A DNA stretch of 53,718 bases, filler included, from Catajapyx aquilonaris (Eukaryota), in NCBI GenBank assembly GCA_000934665.2. It is 3 parts of 3 records of this genome, joined end to end, with 100 filler letters (N's around TTAATTAATTAA, not from the genome) between each part and the next. Parts side by side here need not be neighbours in the genome. Positions count along the whole stretch, not along the records: positions 1 to 17,972 come from KZ539608.1; 2 more parts are not named here. One strand, 5' to 3'. The notes beneath the pieces were generated by a model. The model searched no databases. It was not told the origin of the DNA and saw only the letters and a list, made by a program, of their open reading frames with translations. Shown here piece after piece: positions 1-10,528 of the stretch. Positions within the stretch are counted from its first letter, which is position 1, and each line of letters opens with the position of its first letter. A program made the position numbers and the translations under genes.

Positions 1-778
1 CGGACCCTATTTTTGCCTGTACCCTATTCATACCTCGTTGGCGCACCACACACTTCAAGATGGCCGCCAGCCTTGGCAACGCCCTATAAACAGAGAGTAG
101 CGAACATCAAAGGCGCCGACAGAAGTTTGCGCCTCTTATGTAGTATATGCTCCCTGACTATAGCATCAATGCATCATGAAGACCCCATCATGCTGCTGCT
201 GCATGTGTGTGGTTTGTGTTCTCATACATGCTGTAGCTAGTGAATGTGTTGCCAGACTACAGAAACCTAGAGAAGGCCCCTTTGCAGAAAAATTAAGAGT
301 TACCTAAAGCGCACTCGCCGCACTCCGTAATCTTCACTCAGATGTGCCATTTTTACCAGTTGATTTTGTTTTTGGGCTTTGGAAATGGTGCAACTGGTCC
401 AATTATGCCCAATTGCTACATTTCTAACATTTTTGTTATGTTGACACCTGACACAAGCAGAAATAAAAAATGCAAGTTTTTGGGAGGGTGAGCTCAGACT
501 TCTGACAGGCAGTGTAATTAAAATATCACCTGGGGTTGTACTATTGAAGGTCCAGCATGCTGTTGGTGATCATGTGGTACAGCCTGTGATTGTGGCGGAT
601 TCAATCCAGACGCCAATGATGTTGATTCCAAGGTAGATTCTGATGTTGATCCTATGTTGATGTGGTCGGTGATGTCATGGGCAGCAGGCTTTCACCAGCT
701 CTTCCTGTTAAAAATAAATACTCAATTTTATGTCATGTGCAAAAAACATGCAAAAACGTGCAATGTACCATACTGAAT

Positions 779-1473
779 GGGGAACTAGCCTTCATTTTGG
801 AAACTACATAATAAATTCGCCCATATTTTTTGGATTTTTTTGGCGTATTCCGTTTTAAGATATCAGTTTCAGTTCCGGAGATATTGGCGTTTTTTCGTAG
901 GCAAATGGTGACGTCACTGTTTGCCTCGAAAATGTTGACGTCACGCGAAGTGAAATGAACTCAAAAATGATGTTATAGAAAACGCCCCGGCAGGGTCGTA
1001 AAATAATTCGTTGTACTGTGCTGGACACGGCTGGACATTTGAGCACTCCAAGTGTTTACTTAGTTGCCAGGTAACGGGCTAGTTTTTACTCTAAGCCGCT
1101 CAAACCGCCTTGTACGTGGCAGTGATGCCACCAGCTCGGAAATATCTGTCTCCCGAATTAGGCACATAAAGGCCCTCTTTCTCCACCTCGATGGCCTACA
1201 ACCGCCTTGCGAATGCTTTCCGTCGTGTCCGCGGTTAATTCAAAGTCAAATTCCTCATATCTCGCAGTCAACCAGGCATTTCAGTGTACCCTTTCGATTG
1301 GCACCACCCGGCTGTCCCGTTTTTCCCGCCAATTTTGAAGGCACTTATAAATGTGCCGTAATTTATCCAGTAATGTCATTTTGATGCAACAGAGTGATGG
1401 AATGTATGTTTACAGGCATGGGCTAGCTAGTTATGAACAAAAATCCCAAATCCCAGACTAAGGCTAGATCCTC
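779..1473. mobile_element. MITE with 14-bp TIRs and 2-bp AT target duplication (ISL2EU/PHIS-like)
   Basis: Left TIR GGGGAACTAGCCTT (779-792); right AAGGCTAGATCCTC (1460-1473, 12/14 match). AT at 777-778 and 1474-1475. A paralogous empty site CATACTGAATTGTACACACT is at 2021-2040. A second right end with a perfect TIR plus AT is at 18073-18167. Confidence 0.75.
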
Positions 1474-1623
1474 ATTGTACAGTACACACTGTGTCACTTA
1501 GGGTTTGTAATTGGTTCGTTCCATGTTTATACACAAAATATGTGCTTGCCATACACAACGTCATGTACGATGTACTGCGGATATTCCATCATAGTACCTA
1601 TTCACTCCTGGTAGCACACAGTA

Positions 1624-1923
1624 ATAATAATAATTTGATACCCCATTATCAGCCTACGGGCTTTCCTAGGGGGGGATTTCTCCCAATTTTTTGTCTGGAA
1701 CTCTTCCATTTTTACTATTTTTCTCATCACCGGAATGAAGCAGGGAAAGGGAAGGAAGGAGGCGGCTGTGGCCTATATTACGGTAACGACCCCGGAATTA
1801 TCCTGCAAGGACCATGGGAAACCACAGAAAACCATGGTCAGGGTCGCCGGCCTCCGGGATTCGAACCCAGGACCTCCCGATTAGCAGTCGGACACCATAC
1901 CACTACACCACTACTGCTTCGGT
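1624..1923 (-). mobile_element. tRNA-derived SINE, full length
   Basis: Minus strand has A box TGGTGTAGTGG, B box GGTTCGAATCC and a (TTA)n tail. 13-bp TSD GTAGCACACAGTA at 1611-1623 and 1924-1936. Head closely matches the SINE at 16178. Confidence 0.9.
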
Positions 1924-2734
1924 GTAGCACACAGTAGGCTATAGTGCACAATGCGTAAATTCAGTACACACTTGCATGTTGTTTTTTTGTTGCAAAAACA
2001 TGCAAAAACATGCAATGCACCATACTGAATTGTACACACTGTGTCACTTAAGGTTTGTAATTGGTGAGTGTCACGCAAGAATAGTAGACGGTGAGCCAAC
2101 TTCACTCACCAAGTCACTCACGTGTCACGCGTTGTCTGGTTTGCGAAAAGCGGGAAATAAGGCCGGTTGCAGAACACAGTCAGCTCTCTTCCTTCCCTCT
2201 TCCCCCTCGCGAAAAGCAGCGGCTCATCATTCAGCCGTTATCAGTTTGAATAAACAAAAGGCAGCTTCTGATGTCTCCCATCAGATGTCACGCTCAGTGC
2301 CAAATATAAGGTAAATTTTTGGATGAAATACCTTACACCCGGAATTTACCTTATAGATGACTCAGGTTCGCCTCCCATTTACCCTTTATAAAGAGTATAG
2401 CACGTGTCTCTTTACCTTCTATGCGCGACTTTACCTTCTATATTTCTCCTTACCTTCCATATTTAGAAGGTATTTTGCACATATAAGGTAATTTATAAGG
2501 TAAATGGTTAAGAGTGTAGCCTACTTGAAGTTGGGGGAACCCTAATTTTCACGGTTTTTATTGTGCCTAGAGGGAATGGTCAACCACAAACGCGACCCTT
2601 CTTTTGTGTAGGGAGGGTGGGATCCAGTGTCTCTTTCGGCCAGAGTTGGAACTCGAAGAAGTCCGGATTTTCTATATCGCCGCCTTAAGCTGTCCATGCG
2701 AGAAGCAGGGTGTAGTTAAGTCAGAAAGCCACCA

Positions 2735-3030
2735 GAAAGGACTGTCCCTGGGCTTTGTTAATCGACATTGCAAAGCATAGTTTGAGAGGAAACTGAAGTC
2801 GCTGGAACTGATATGGGATATCTGTGGTAATCATGGGGATTCTGGGAATGAAGACATCCTCATATTTGGCACAGCCAGTCATGATAGTAGCTTCAATGGC
2901 ATGGGGCAGGAGCTGCTTGACACCAAGTCGGGTGCCATTGCACAGTCTAGGTGGGTCCATATTTCTGAGCAGGATGATGGGAAAGCCCATCCTGAGAACC
3001 AAGTTGGGAGGTGGCAATCCTGGTGGTTGC
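2735..3030 (-). pseudogene. Helitron RepHel (Pif1-family helicase) C-terminal fragment
   Basis: Translation LPPPNLVLRMGFPIILLRNMDPPRLCNGTRL...IPRIP...FQRLQFPLKLCFAMSINKAQGQS matches the canonical Helitron helicase C-terminal motifs. Continues at 7564-7600 once the hAT insertion is removed. Confidence 0.92.
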
Positions 3031-3111
3031 TAGGGTTGGCAATAATCAATGATTATTTTAAAATAATCAAATAATCGGATTATTTTGATTATAATCGGAT
3101 TATTTTGATAA

Positions 3112-3972
3112 TCTCTATATCTATAAATAAGGAAGTTTGGATGTTTGTCCCTTATATAAATCCAGGGGAAGGCCCCTACACCGCCTTAAATTAGCCTATC
3201 GGGGGTTACTTTTTCCAAGGAATCTAACGCCGCATGTTTCAGCTTCCGAAAATGTACCTAACTCCCACAACACGCATATTCCTGCCTCAACAATTAGCTT
3301 ACATCAATCACAATAAATCAATTTGCATTCCCATGGAAATGCCTCTCTTTTTTTTTAGCTACTTACCTCCCTGCATCGTACCGCAGGGGGGGAACCTTTA
3401 TTTTGTCTTGATGGAACCTTTTTGACGTAGCGCCCGGGCCCACGGGCAGGGTGACTGGGAGGGGATGTGCGAGGTGCAAGTGCAATTCTCCAACGGTATA
3501 TTTTGTGACTCCCCCGGGTGGATTAGTCTGAGGAGATTCCACCCGAAACGAAGCCAGAGACGACCCAACTCTGCACGGGATGAAGGAGGGAACCCCGGGC
3601 TGGGATTGAACCCGACGTTCCCGCAGCGCCACTTTATATTACTCCGTGTTGAAAACAAAATTTCCCATCATACATCTGTATGTACATTTCTAAAGTTATT
3701 CAGAGCAAACATATGGAACGAGGTGGGGGTGTGAAGTGGGGTTGGGGGGGAGGGGGGTCAAGGGGTCAAAAATGCAGGGAAAAAAACACATGGCTGCGCA
3801 GTCTTTTCCTGGGCCAACTCCATCCGCATTCCTCTTTTTACACATCCAATCAGAATATCCGTGTCGACTGTACGCTATAAGACAAGCAGGTAATCTATCA
3901 CAGATAATAATTATGTACCCCTATCTGTACCAGAACCCCAACATACCCGGGCAACGCCGGGTAACCTGCTAG
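3112..3972 (+). mobile_element. Non-autonomous Helitron
   Basis: 5' A|TCTCTATATCTATAAAT; 3' hairpin TACCCGGGCAACGCCGGGTA (3944-3963) followed by CTAG|T (3969-3973). Inserted between A and T with no TSD. Confidence 0.88.
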
Positions 3973-4110
3973 TAATGTTATTATTTGTAGTACAGCACTT
4001 GATTTCATTGTCCTGATAAAAACCCCACCTGCTATTTGAATAAAATCAAGAAATGTATGTCAATATTGTCAAACATGTTACATTCCAAGGAAAGTGCATT
4101 ATACAATATA

Positions 4111-4873
4111 CAGTCAATCCTCGTTTAACACGGATTCCGCTTACTTGGGAGCAACTAGCCGACTACACTATTCAGTAGTGTACCTGTGTACATACCTGTA
4201 AGTCTGTAACACTTACAGTATTATTGTACACTACTGCATTACGCAGAAAGCAGTGCCTGATGTACTACCTCTGTGGCTCTGTCATGTTCTCATGTACTGA
4301 TTATGATAATTAAACTGTATTTTACTACATATACAATAAGTCAAGACTCAAGAGTCAAGAGTTTTAAGTTTTAACTTTTTGACTGGTGAGTTTGTGATTA
4401 TTGGTAGGATAAATGTATGACGAACCTGGTCCCCCAGGAACCTATCCCCCTATTTCCCTATTCCCATAAGATTAAATGATTAATGTAATAATGTCTCACT
4501 TTAGTTTGCAATTGGCAGGTTAACTGTTCAATTTTTCATATAATTTACGAATGCCCCTTGTTCATTCCTCCAAGACGGAAATACCTGTTTGATAAATTTC
4601 CACCTGACCAGATCTTGATGCTCTTTACATATAGCCAAAAACCAGATGTACATAAATTGTTCTCCTTTTTTCAAAACGTGATCAAAATTGTAAATATAAA
4701 TGAGCATTAATGCACACATACCGAACTTGTATGTAATACATATAATATGTGGCTGTGTCCCCCAAAACGAGCCAAAGGCTCGAACACGGGGTAAATTAAA
4801 TAAAATAATGTCTCACTTTACACGAAGTCACGAACCTATCCGGCTATCCCCGATGTTAAACGAGGATTGACTG
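4111..4873. mobile_element. pogo/Tc1-mariner-type MITE
   Basis: Perfect 20-bp TIR CAGTCAATCCTCGTTTAACA / TGTTAAACGAGGATTGACTG. TA TSD at 4109-4110 and 4874-4875. Confidence 0.92.
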
Positions 4874-5174
4874 TACATGGTACTATGGTTCTATGGTAGT
4901 GTAGTGTCCTGGCAACTGGCTGGTGATGGTTGCCTGGTCACTGTTATTTATGTTGTTCAGGGAACCATGTTGTTGTGGTTTCCGATCAGTTCTATTCCTG
5001 ACGTCCTTTGGGACGGACGTTTGTAGCCTGTCGTCCTGGAATACAAACCATTGTGTTCTTAAACCTTTCCCCCGTGTGTTATTCGTGGTGTCTCTGACGT
5101 TGTCATCGTGGGGCACTACAATTGGTGTCAGAATTTGGGATAGCGAAACCGCCGGTTCGGAGGGTGCGAGGGAG

Positions 5175-6734
5175 ATGGCATTCCTCGATCAGCTGCGAGC
5201 CATTCTTGGGGAAGAGAGGTGCGCCAAAGCTGAAGAGAGCTGTGGAGCCAGCCAAGTACAAGTACAAGTATTGGTAGAAGCTCTGAGGCGCAGGATGGAG
5301 GCCAGGGAGGAGAGAACTCCGGATAGGTGGCAGAGAAGCAAGGGGGGTCGAGTTGGAGACTACCAGGCGTTGCGAGGTGGCCACCTGCCCGATGAAAGAG
5401 CTTCCATGATGGAGGAGGAACTCCGGAGTGATACGCGAGGCGAGTTGGTGCCACTGCAGATGGCCGTGGAAGCTGATCCTCAGAGCCACGACCAGGGGCT
5501 GCAGGCACGTAGCCAGAAAGGGAAAGAGGAGTTGGCGCGGATGCGGATGGCAGCAGAGGCCGTGCGTCGGAATCGCGAGGAGCTGGAGACACAGGCACAG
5601 TACTTGGAAGCAAGGAAGGCGATGCTTGCGAGGGTTGCTGCATTCCAAACTAACCGTATGGAGCCTATGGATCCAACCATGGAGCCAACAGTGAGGGGCA
5701 AGGTGACGTTGCCATGCTACGACCAAGGGAAAGCCTTGGAGACGGAGCAAACGCACCAGGAGAAGTCGACAATTAGCTGCGGAGTCGTGTCAGAAGGCAA
5801 GGACGAGGAGCCTAGGTGCGACGGATGTGAGCCGCACCTAGCGACGGAGCAGCCGAATAGTGACTCTGGAGAGTCCAGGAGCGTGGCCAGGCCTGAGATC
5901 GCAGCTAAAATGGAGCTGCCGATGTCAAGCCGAAAGGGACGCTGTACCGTCGCAGACGAGGAGAGGTCCAGGTGTGATGAGGGGGTGCCGCACCTAGCGA
6001 CGCAGCAGCCGAATAGCGACTCTGGAGAGTCCAAGAGAGCGGCCATGCAGGTCATCGCAGCGGAGATGGATCTGACGATGTCCAGCCGGAAGGAAAGTTG
6101 TACCGTTGCATCGGAGGGCCATGAGAGGCCATCGTGCGACGGGTGTGCGCCGCACGTGTCAACGGAACAGCCGACTGCAGAGTCCAAGAGTGTGGGCAGG
6201 CAGGATATCAACGGGGAATCCCAAGATGTGGGCATCCCCAAGAAGGTTCAAGATGCGGCAGTCATCCCAGCGTTGCGGTTACCTTTCGTTTTGAAATGGA
6301 CTGGCTGCAGAGGGATCGTGCTGGAGGAAGAACTCCCGATAAGCTGTGCCGTCGCTGCGGAGGGCGAGAAGAGGCCAGGGTGTGATGCGAGGGTGCTGCA
6401 CGTGGCAACGCGGACGGTACCGTCTAGCGCAGGTGAACCTGATAGATTCTGCAGGGAGACAGAGGGCCTGCAGATTGAAGTGGCAGAAGTAAGTGAGGCC
6501 GTAAGGATCGACAAGAAGAAGCCGAACATCTGGTGCCGAGAGGATGGTGCCGAGAGGATGGTGCCGAGAGGATGGCGCCGTGAGGCAGGACCGTCGCCCC
6601 AGACGGCAAGAAGGGGCCTGGGTGCGGGAATTATGGACCGTACCTATGGTGATGGTGATGTTGATGATGAACTATTGGTCGAAAAGCTGCAGGGAGCCAA
6701 GGGCCCGGCCGCAGCAAACAACAGCAGGGGATAA
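5175..6734 (+). CDS. LTR-element internal ORF, 519 aa: coiled-coil N-terminus plus Cys/His-containing ~52-aa repeats (possibly gag-derived)
   Basis: First ATG after the PBS (GAGATGG context), uninterrupted ORF. E/R/A-rich helical N-terminus. Repeat cores at 5832, 5988, 6150, 6396. No RT, RNase H, integrase or CCHC motifs seen. Confidence 0.6.
   Translation: MAFLDQLRAILGEERCAKAEESCGASQVQVQVLVEALRRRMEAREERTPDRWQRSKGGRVGDYQALRGGHLPDERASMMEEELRSDTRGELVPLQMAVEADPQSHDQGLQARSQKGKEELARMRMAAEAVRRNREELETQAQYLEARKAMLARVAAFQTNRMEPMDPTMEPTVRGKVTLPCYDQGKALETEQTHQEKSTISCGVVSEGKDEEPRCDGCEPHLATEQPNSDSGESRSVARPEIAAKMELPMSSRKGRCTVADEERSRCDEGVPHLATQQPNSDSGESKRAAMQVIAAEMDLTMSSRKESCTVASEGHERPSCDGCAPHVSTEQPTAESKSVGRQDINGESQDVGIPKKVQDAAVIPALRLPFVLKWTGCRGIVLEEELPISCAVAAEGEKRPGCDARVLHVATRTVPSSAGEPDRFCRETEGLQIEVAEVSEAVRIDKKKPNIWCREDGAERMVPRGWRREAGPSPQTARRGLGAGIMDRTYGDGDVDDELLVEKLQGAKGPAAANNSRG
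6531..6586 (+). repeat. 14-bp tandem repeat TGGTGCCGAGAGGA x3 plus one degenerate copy
   Basis: Perfect units at 6531, 6545, 6559; degenerate unit at 6573. Lies where ORF 5175-6734 overlaps ORF 6544-7131. Confidence 0.92.
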
Positions 6735-7421
6735 GAGTGACGATACGGAAGGGGTCATCCTATCGTTGAACGAATGGTGGAGGCAGAGGCGGAAACATCC
6801 CATGTGCTGGCAGAGCGCCGAGGTTGGTCAGCGGGAGGGCCGAGAGACGAGAGGTTCTCGGAGGATCCAAGATGAAACTGGTGACAAAACAGATGCTGTA
6901 ATGGAGGAGACTAGCGGTCAACCAGATGCTCTTGAAGAGGATGGTGGTCGTGCAGCAGCAGCAGCAATTATGGGAGACAAACTGCGACTGGCTCAAGAGA
7001 GACACTCCAGCTGGAGAGGGACCGATTTCAGCTGGAGGAACTGGAGGAAAAGAAGAAGAAAGAAATGGCTGGAAGTGGAGAGTTGTTGGAACGAGATAGT
7101 TCTCGTTCCGTTTAAGGGGGGAAGATTGTAGTGTCCTGGCAACTGGCTGGTGATGGTTGCCTGGTCACTGTTATTTATGTTGTTCAGGGAACCATGTTGT
7201 TGTGGTTTCCGATCAGTTCTATTCCTGACGTCCTTTGGGACGGACGTTTGTAGCCTGTCGTCCTGGAATACAAACCATTGTGTTCTTAAACCTTTCCCCC
7301 GTGTGTTATTCGTGGTGTCTCTGACGTTGTCATCGTGGGGCACTACAGTAGGATATTTTTTTAGCCTTTCAACATGTTAACTTCTTTAGTGGAATCCAAT
7401 AATACCTGTTACCTCACGGGC

Positions 7422-7422
<1 letters not shown>

Positions 7423-7504
<82 letters not shown>
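7423..7504. repeat. (ATT)n microsatellite, probably the tail of a 5'-truncated retroposon
   Basis: Pure TAT run preceded by TCACGGGC, which resembles the 3' tail motif of the local SINEs. Confidence 0.85.
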
Positions 7505-7563
7505 GGTGATTATAATCAAGATTTTTCATTATTAATCAGTTGATTATAATCATGCCAACCCTG

Positions 7564-7600
7564 GTGGTTGCAGTGACTTGAGGAACTCAGTCGGATATTT
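7564..7600 (-). pseudogene. Helitron RepHel middle fragment (YPTEFLKSLQPP)
   Basis: Minus-strand translation YPTEFLKSLQP matches the conserved Helitron YPTEFLNSL motif and joins in frame to 2735-3030. Confidence 0.85.
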
Positions 7601-8133
7601 TAAGGGCGATAGCCCTTAAGTAAGACCGTAGCATAGATTTCAACAATGAATTTTGCCTACTTGTTCTTGTTGTTGTTCTTGTTACGCTTTTTTTTATTCG
7701 CCCTAACTCAAGTTCTGCTGTAGGTAAAGCTTCCAAATTTTGAACACAGATCCCCACCATCGTGACTTGATTTCCTACCATTTACAATTTTACTTAATTC
7801 CTCTTCAAAACGCCGCAAAAAATTTAAAACCCCTGAGAAATACGTTTTAATTTTCTTTCTCAATAACTATTCGGAATACGGTTTCTTCTTCAACGGGCCG
7901 AGGGTGCAGTAGGATGGTGCGGATCTATGTTCAAAATCTCACAGTTCCCACTGCTACAGGATTCGAGCTGTGATTTTTTTACCTCGTATTTTTTCTGTCA
8001 TTAATTCATTTATTCATAATGCCATCACCTAAATACGTCAATTCTTGTTTACCAACTAGCCATATTGTTGTTAGCGAAATGTTATACCCTGCCGCTGCTA
8101 TAAGGTGTACGGATTGTACTTATTACAGATTTA

Positions 8134-8552
8134 CAGCTGAATCCGGATATAACAGACTTGGTTATAAAGGCTGTCCCGGCATGCTTCCATAAGGTCCTGT
8201 GCATTTTACTCCTAATATAACAAACAAATTTTCACCTCACATCGGGTATAACAGACCATTTCTTGGACCCTCGGTGGGAAAATGCAGTATTGTTTTCCAG
8301 GTATAAAATATGCAAAAAGGAGACGGCAGAAGGAAATTTCGGATATTTTGGTCCTGCATAATTTTCGGGTGAGCCAATATTGCATTTGTGACAGATTTCA
8401 TTAATCGGTATGTAGTCTAGTAGTGCATAGTACAGCCATATTGAAATCAGAAATTTATGTTTTCGTTGCGTGACGATTCGGCTATAACAGACCTCGGTTA
8501 TAACATACTTTTTCCGCAGTCTCTTGAAGTTTGTTTTATCCGGATTCAACTG
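8134..8552. mobile_element. pogo-type MITE nested in copy A
   Basis: TIR CAGCTGAATCCGGATA / TATCCGGATTCAACTG with TA on both sides. The same insertion occupies the same site in copy B (10529-10996). Confidence 0.85.
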
Positions 8553-8733
8553 TACTATTAAGCCAGACTAATTAAATCACACTAACCTTTGGGTGGTAGC
8601 ACTCGACTTTCGTTTTTTTACGACTGTCTCTGTGAAAATAATTTTAGGGACTTCTAAGTGACGAAAATCGAATTCATAGTGCAGACTGTATACTGTAGAT
8701 CATACGTTACGTGTACTGTCAAAAAAGAACTGA

Positions 8734-9524
8734 AATTATATCAAAAACATTCCCTTCAGTAAAAAAAAGAGAAGTAAGACCTCCGCGGCGGAATGAAAGT
8801 ACTGAAACAAGGCAGGCGCACGTAAGACCTTCACCAATTGATTTAAGCTGTACCATAGGTCTTACTCAAGCAATTCTCAAGTACGGTATGGAACGGCTCG
8901 TAAAATGACTGCTGCAAACTACTCCGAGCAGTAGGCAGGATTTTATTATGAAAAGAAAAAAAATGGGGAAAAACTAAACCCATTCTAACAGACTTGGTCC
9001 AATCGAATAAGACCCTCTCAAATTCACCAATTAACGTTTACATGTGAAAAATTAAACGTTAGAGTTAAAATCAGCATCTAAAAGGGGTGCCGATTCTGCA
9101 CGAATGTTTCATGGCAATAATTCGCACCAATCGCATAGAAATTCAAGGTGCTTAATATTGAAGTTCCTAATTTCATAAAACACTAATATGGAGTGGCTCA
9201 TGGAAAATTAATGGGTGGAATTTTCGTCGTACTACTATTACTATAGGTCTGTAGTTACTGCTAACTTATAGCAGTACCATTGCACTACACTGGTACTGCT
9301 AAGTTAGAAGCAACTAGTAGTACGACAGATATTCCACAAATTTGTTTTCAGAAAGGAGATTTCATGAGTAGTAAATTGGTAATTGCTTGAGTAAGACCTA
9401 TGGTACAGCTTAAATCAATTGGTGAAGGTCTTACGTGCGCCTGCCTTGTTTCAGTACTTTCATTCCGCCGCGGAGGTCTTACTTCTCTTTTTTTTTTACT
9501 GAAGGGAATGTTTTTGATATAATT
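8734..9524. repeat. Near-perfect ~142-bp inverted repeat (8734-8875 / 9381-9524) around a ~505-bp spacer
   Basis: Arms are reverse complements apart from the A/T-run length; mirrored ORF translations at 8711-8908(+) and 9348-9536(-). Confidence 0.95.
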
Positions 9525-9529
9525 ACACA

Positions 9530-9930
9530 TATACACTGCTTGATCAATAGCATGTCTTTGTTCAATTCATTCTGTTCAGATTCAGATCTCTGTGGCAAAG
9601 GAAGTCCAGATTTCAAATATGTTAGGGATTTGTCCACCATGGTCATGACCTCATCTTCAAAGTAAATGAGGGCCTGGTTGTACATGGCAAAGGTATATAT
9701 AGTTGAGGTGAAGTGTAGGATTTTCAAGCCGGTGCTTGTGTAGAATATCTTCCGTCATGGAGTCCCGGAAATAATTCCAAAGGGTACAGGGTGTTGAGGG
9801 TGAGCAGGAAGTGATGATGGCAAAAAGATTCCTGAGGCCAGAAGATGTGTCAGCAGCTTCTTGCAAATTGGCATCCCAAATGTCATCCCTTCCAGTAGCC
9901 CCCTTCTCTGAAAAGTGAGGACGGTTGGCG
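9530..9930 (-). pseudogene. Helitron RepHel fragment (Rep-helicase linker), frameshifted and internally deleted
   Basis: Translations DDIWDANLQEAA...LRNLFAII..CSPSTPCTLWNYFRDSMTEDIL and YNQALIYFED...GLPLPQR match the Helitron linker region across several frames. DQAV codons at 9534-9545. Confidence 0.85.
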
Positions 9931-10528
9931 TTCCCGGTGGGAGAGGTGGAAGGTGTAGGAGGTGGACCACAGATGGCAGGCAAATTACGGTTGGAATTAC
10001 AGGTGGACAGACCACAAACGCCTTTATTTTAGGGGCGGTAGCCCCTAAGTAAGACCGTACAACAATTTTCAACCATGAATTTTTCTACATCTTGTTTTTG
10101 TTGTTGTTGTTGTTACGCTTTTTTATTCGCCTTAACTCAAGTTCTGCTGTAGGTAGAGCTTCCAAATTTTGAACACAGATCCCCACCGTCGTAAAGTGCA
10201 TTCCTACCATAATAAACTCAATTCCTCTTCAAAACGCCGCAAAAAATTAAAAACCAATAAAAAATTCGTTTCTATTTTTTTGCTCGATAACTATTCGGAA
10301 TTTGGTTTCTTCATCAAAGGGCCGAATGCGCAGTAGGATGGTGCGGATCTATGTTCAAAACCTCGCAGTTCCACCTGCTGCAGAATTGAAGTTATGATTT
10401 TTTTTCCGTCAAATACTTCATTTGTTCGTGATTCCATCACCTAGCAATGTCAATTCCTATCTACACCTCGCCATATTGTTAGCTATATGTTACCCCACTG
10501 CTCTGGGGTGAGCGGATTGTACTTATTA

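Larger units (their letters stand above)
4900..7347 (+). mobile_element. Non-autonomous LTR retroelement (gypsy-like cis signals, no pol)
   Basis: Two 221-bp LTRs (4900-5120, 7127-7347) that read as identical, each TGTAGTG...CACTACA. 4-bp TSD GTAG (4896-4899, 7348-7351). PBS TGGTGTCAGAATTTGGGAT (5123-5141, tRNA-Leu-like). PPT AAGGGGGGAAGA (7114-7125). Confidence 0.95.
3031..7563. mobile_element. hAT-type MITE carrying nested insertions
   Basis: TIRs TAGGGTTGGCA (3031-3041) / TGCCAACCCTG (7553-7563). Perfect 8-bp TSD GTGGTTGC at 3023-3030 and 7564-7571. Subterminal GATTAT/ATAATC repeats at both ends. Excision restores the helicase reading frame EFLKSLQPPGLPPP. Confidence 0.92.
7598..9524 (+). 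mobile_element. Helentron/HINE-like non-autonomous element, copy A
   Basis: 5' T-run, hairpin TTAAGGGC-GATA-GCCCTTAA, then GTAAGACC. 3' GGTCTTAC...AAGGGAATGTTTTT. Collinear with copy B at 10027-14868. Sits between the DQAV and YPTEF codons of the Helitron remnant. Confidence 0.65.

Noticed and set aside
531..704. Minus-strand segment with acceptor- and donor-like ends
   Set aside because: Stops in all three frames and no recognisable product; at best a decayed TE exon.
3165..3821. Possible extra TIR insertion inside the Helitron MITE (ATCC flanks)
   Set aside because: The IR matches at only about 8/11 positions; not supportable without other copies.
4923..5174. N-terminal 84 codons of the 603-aa ORF call
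   Set aside because: Starts at a GTG inside the LTR and runs through the PBS; the ATG at 5175 is the more plausible start.
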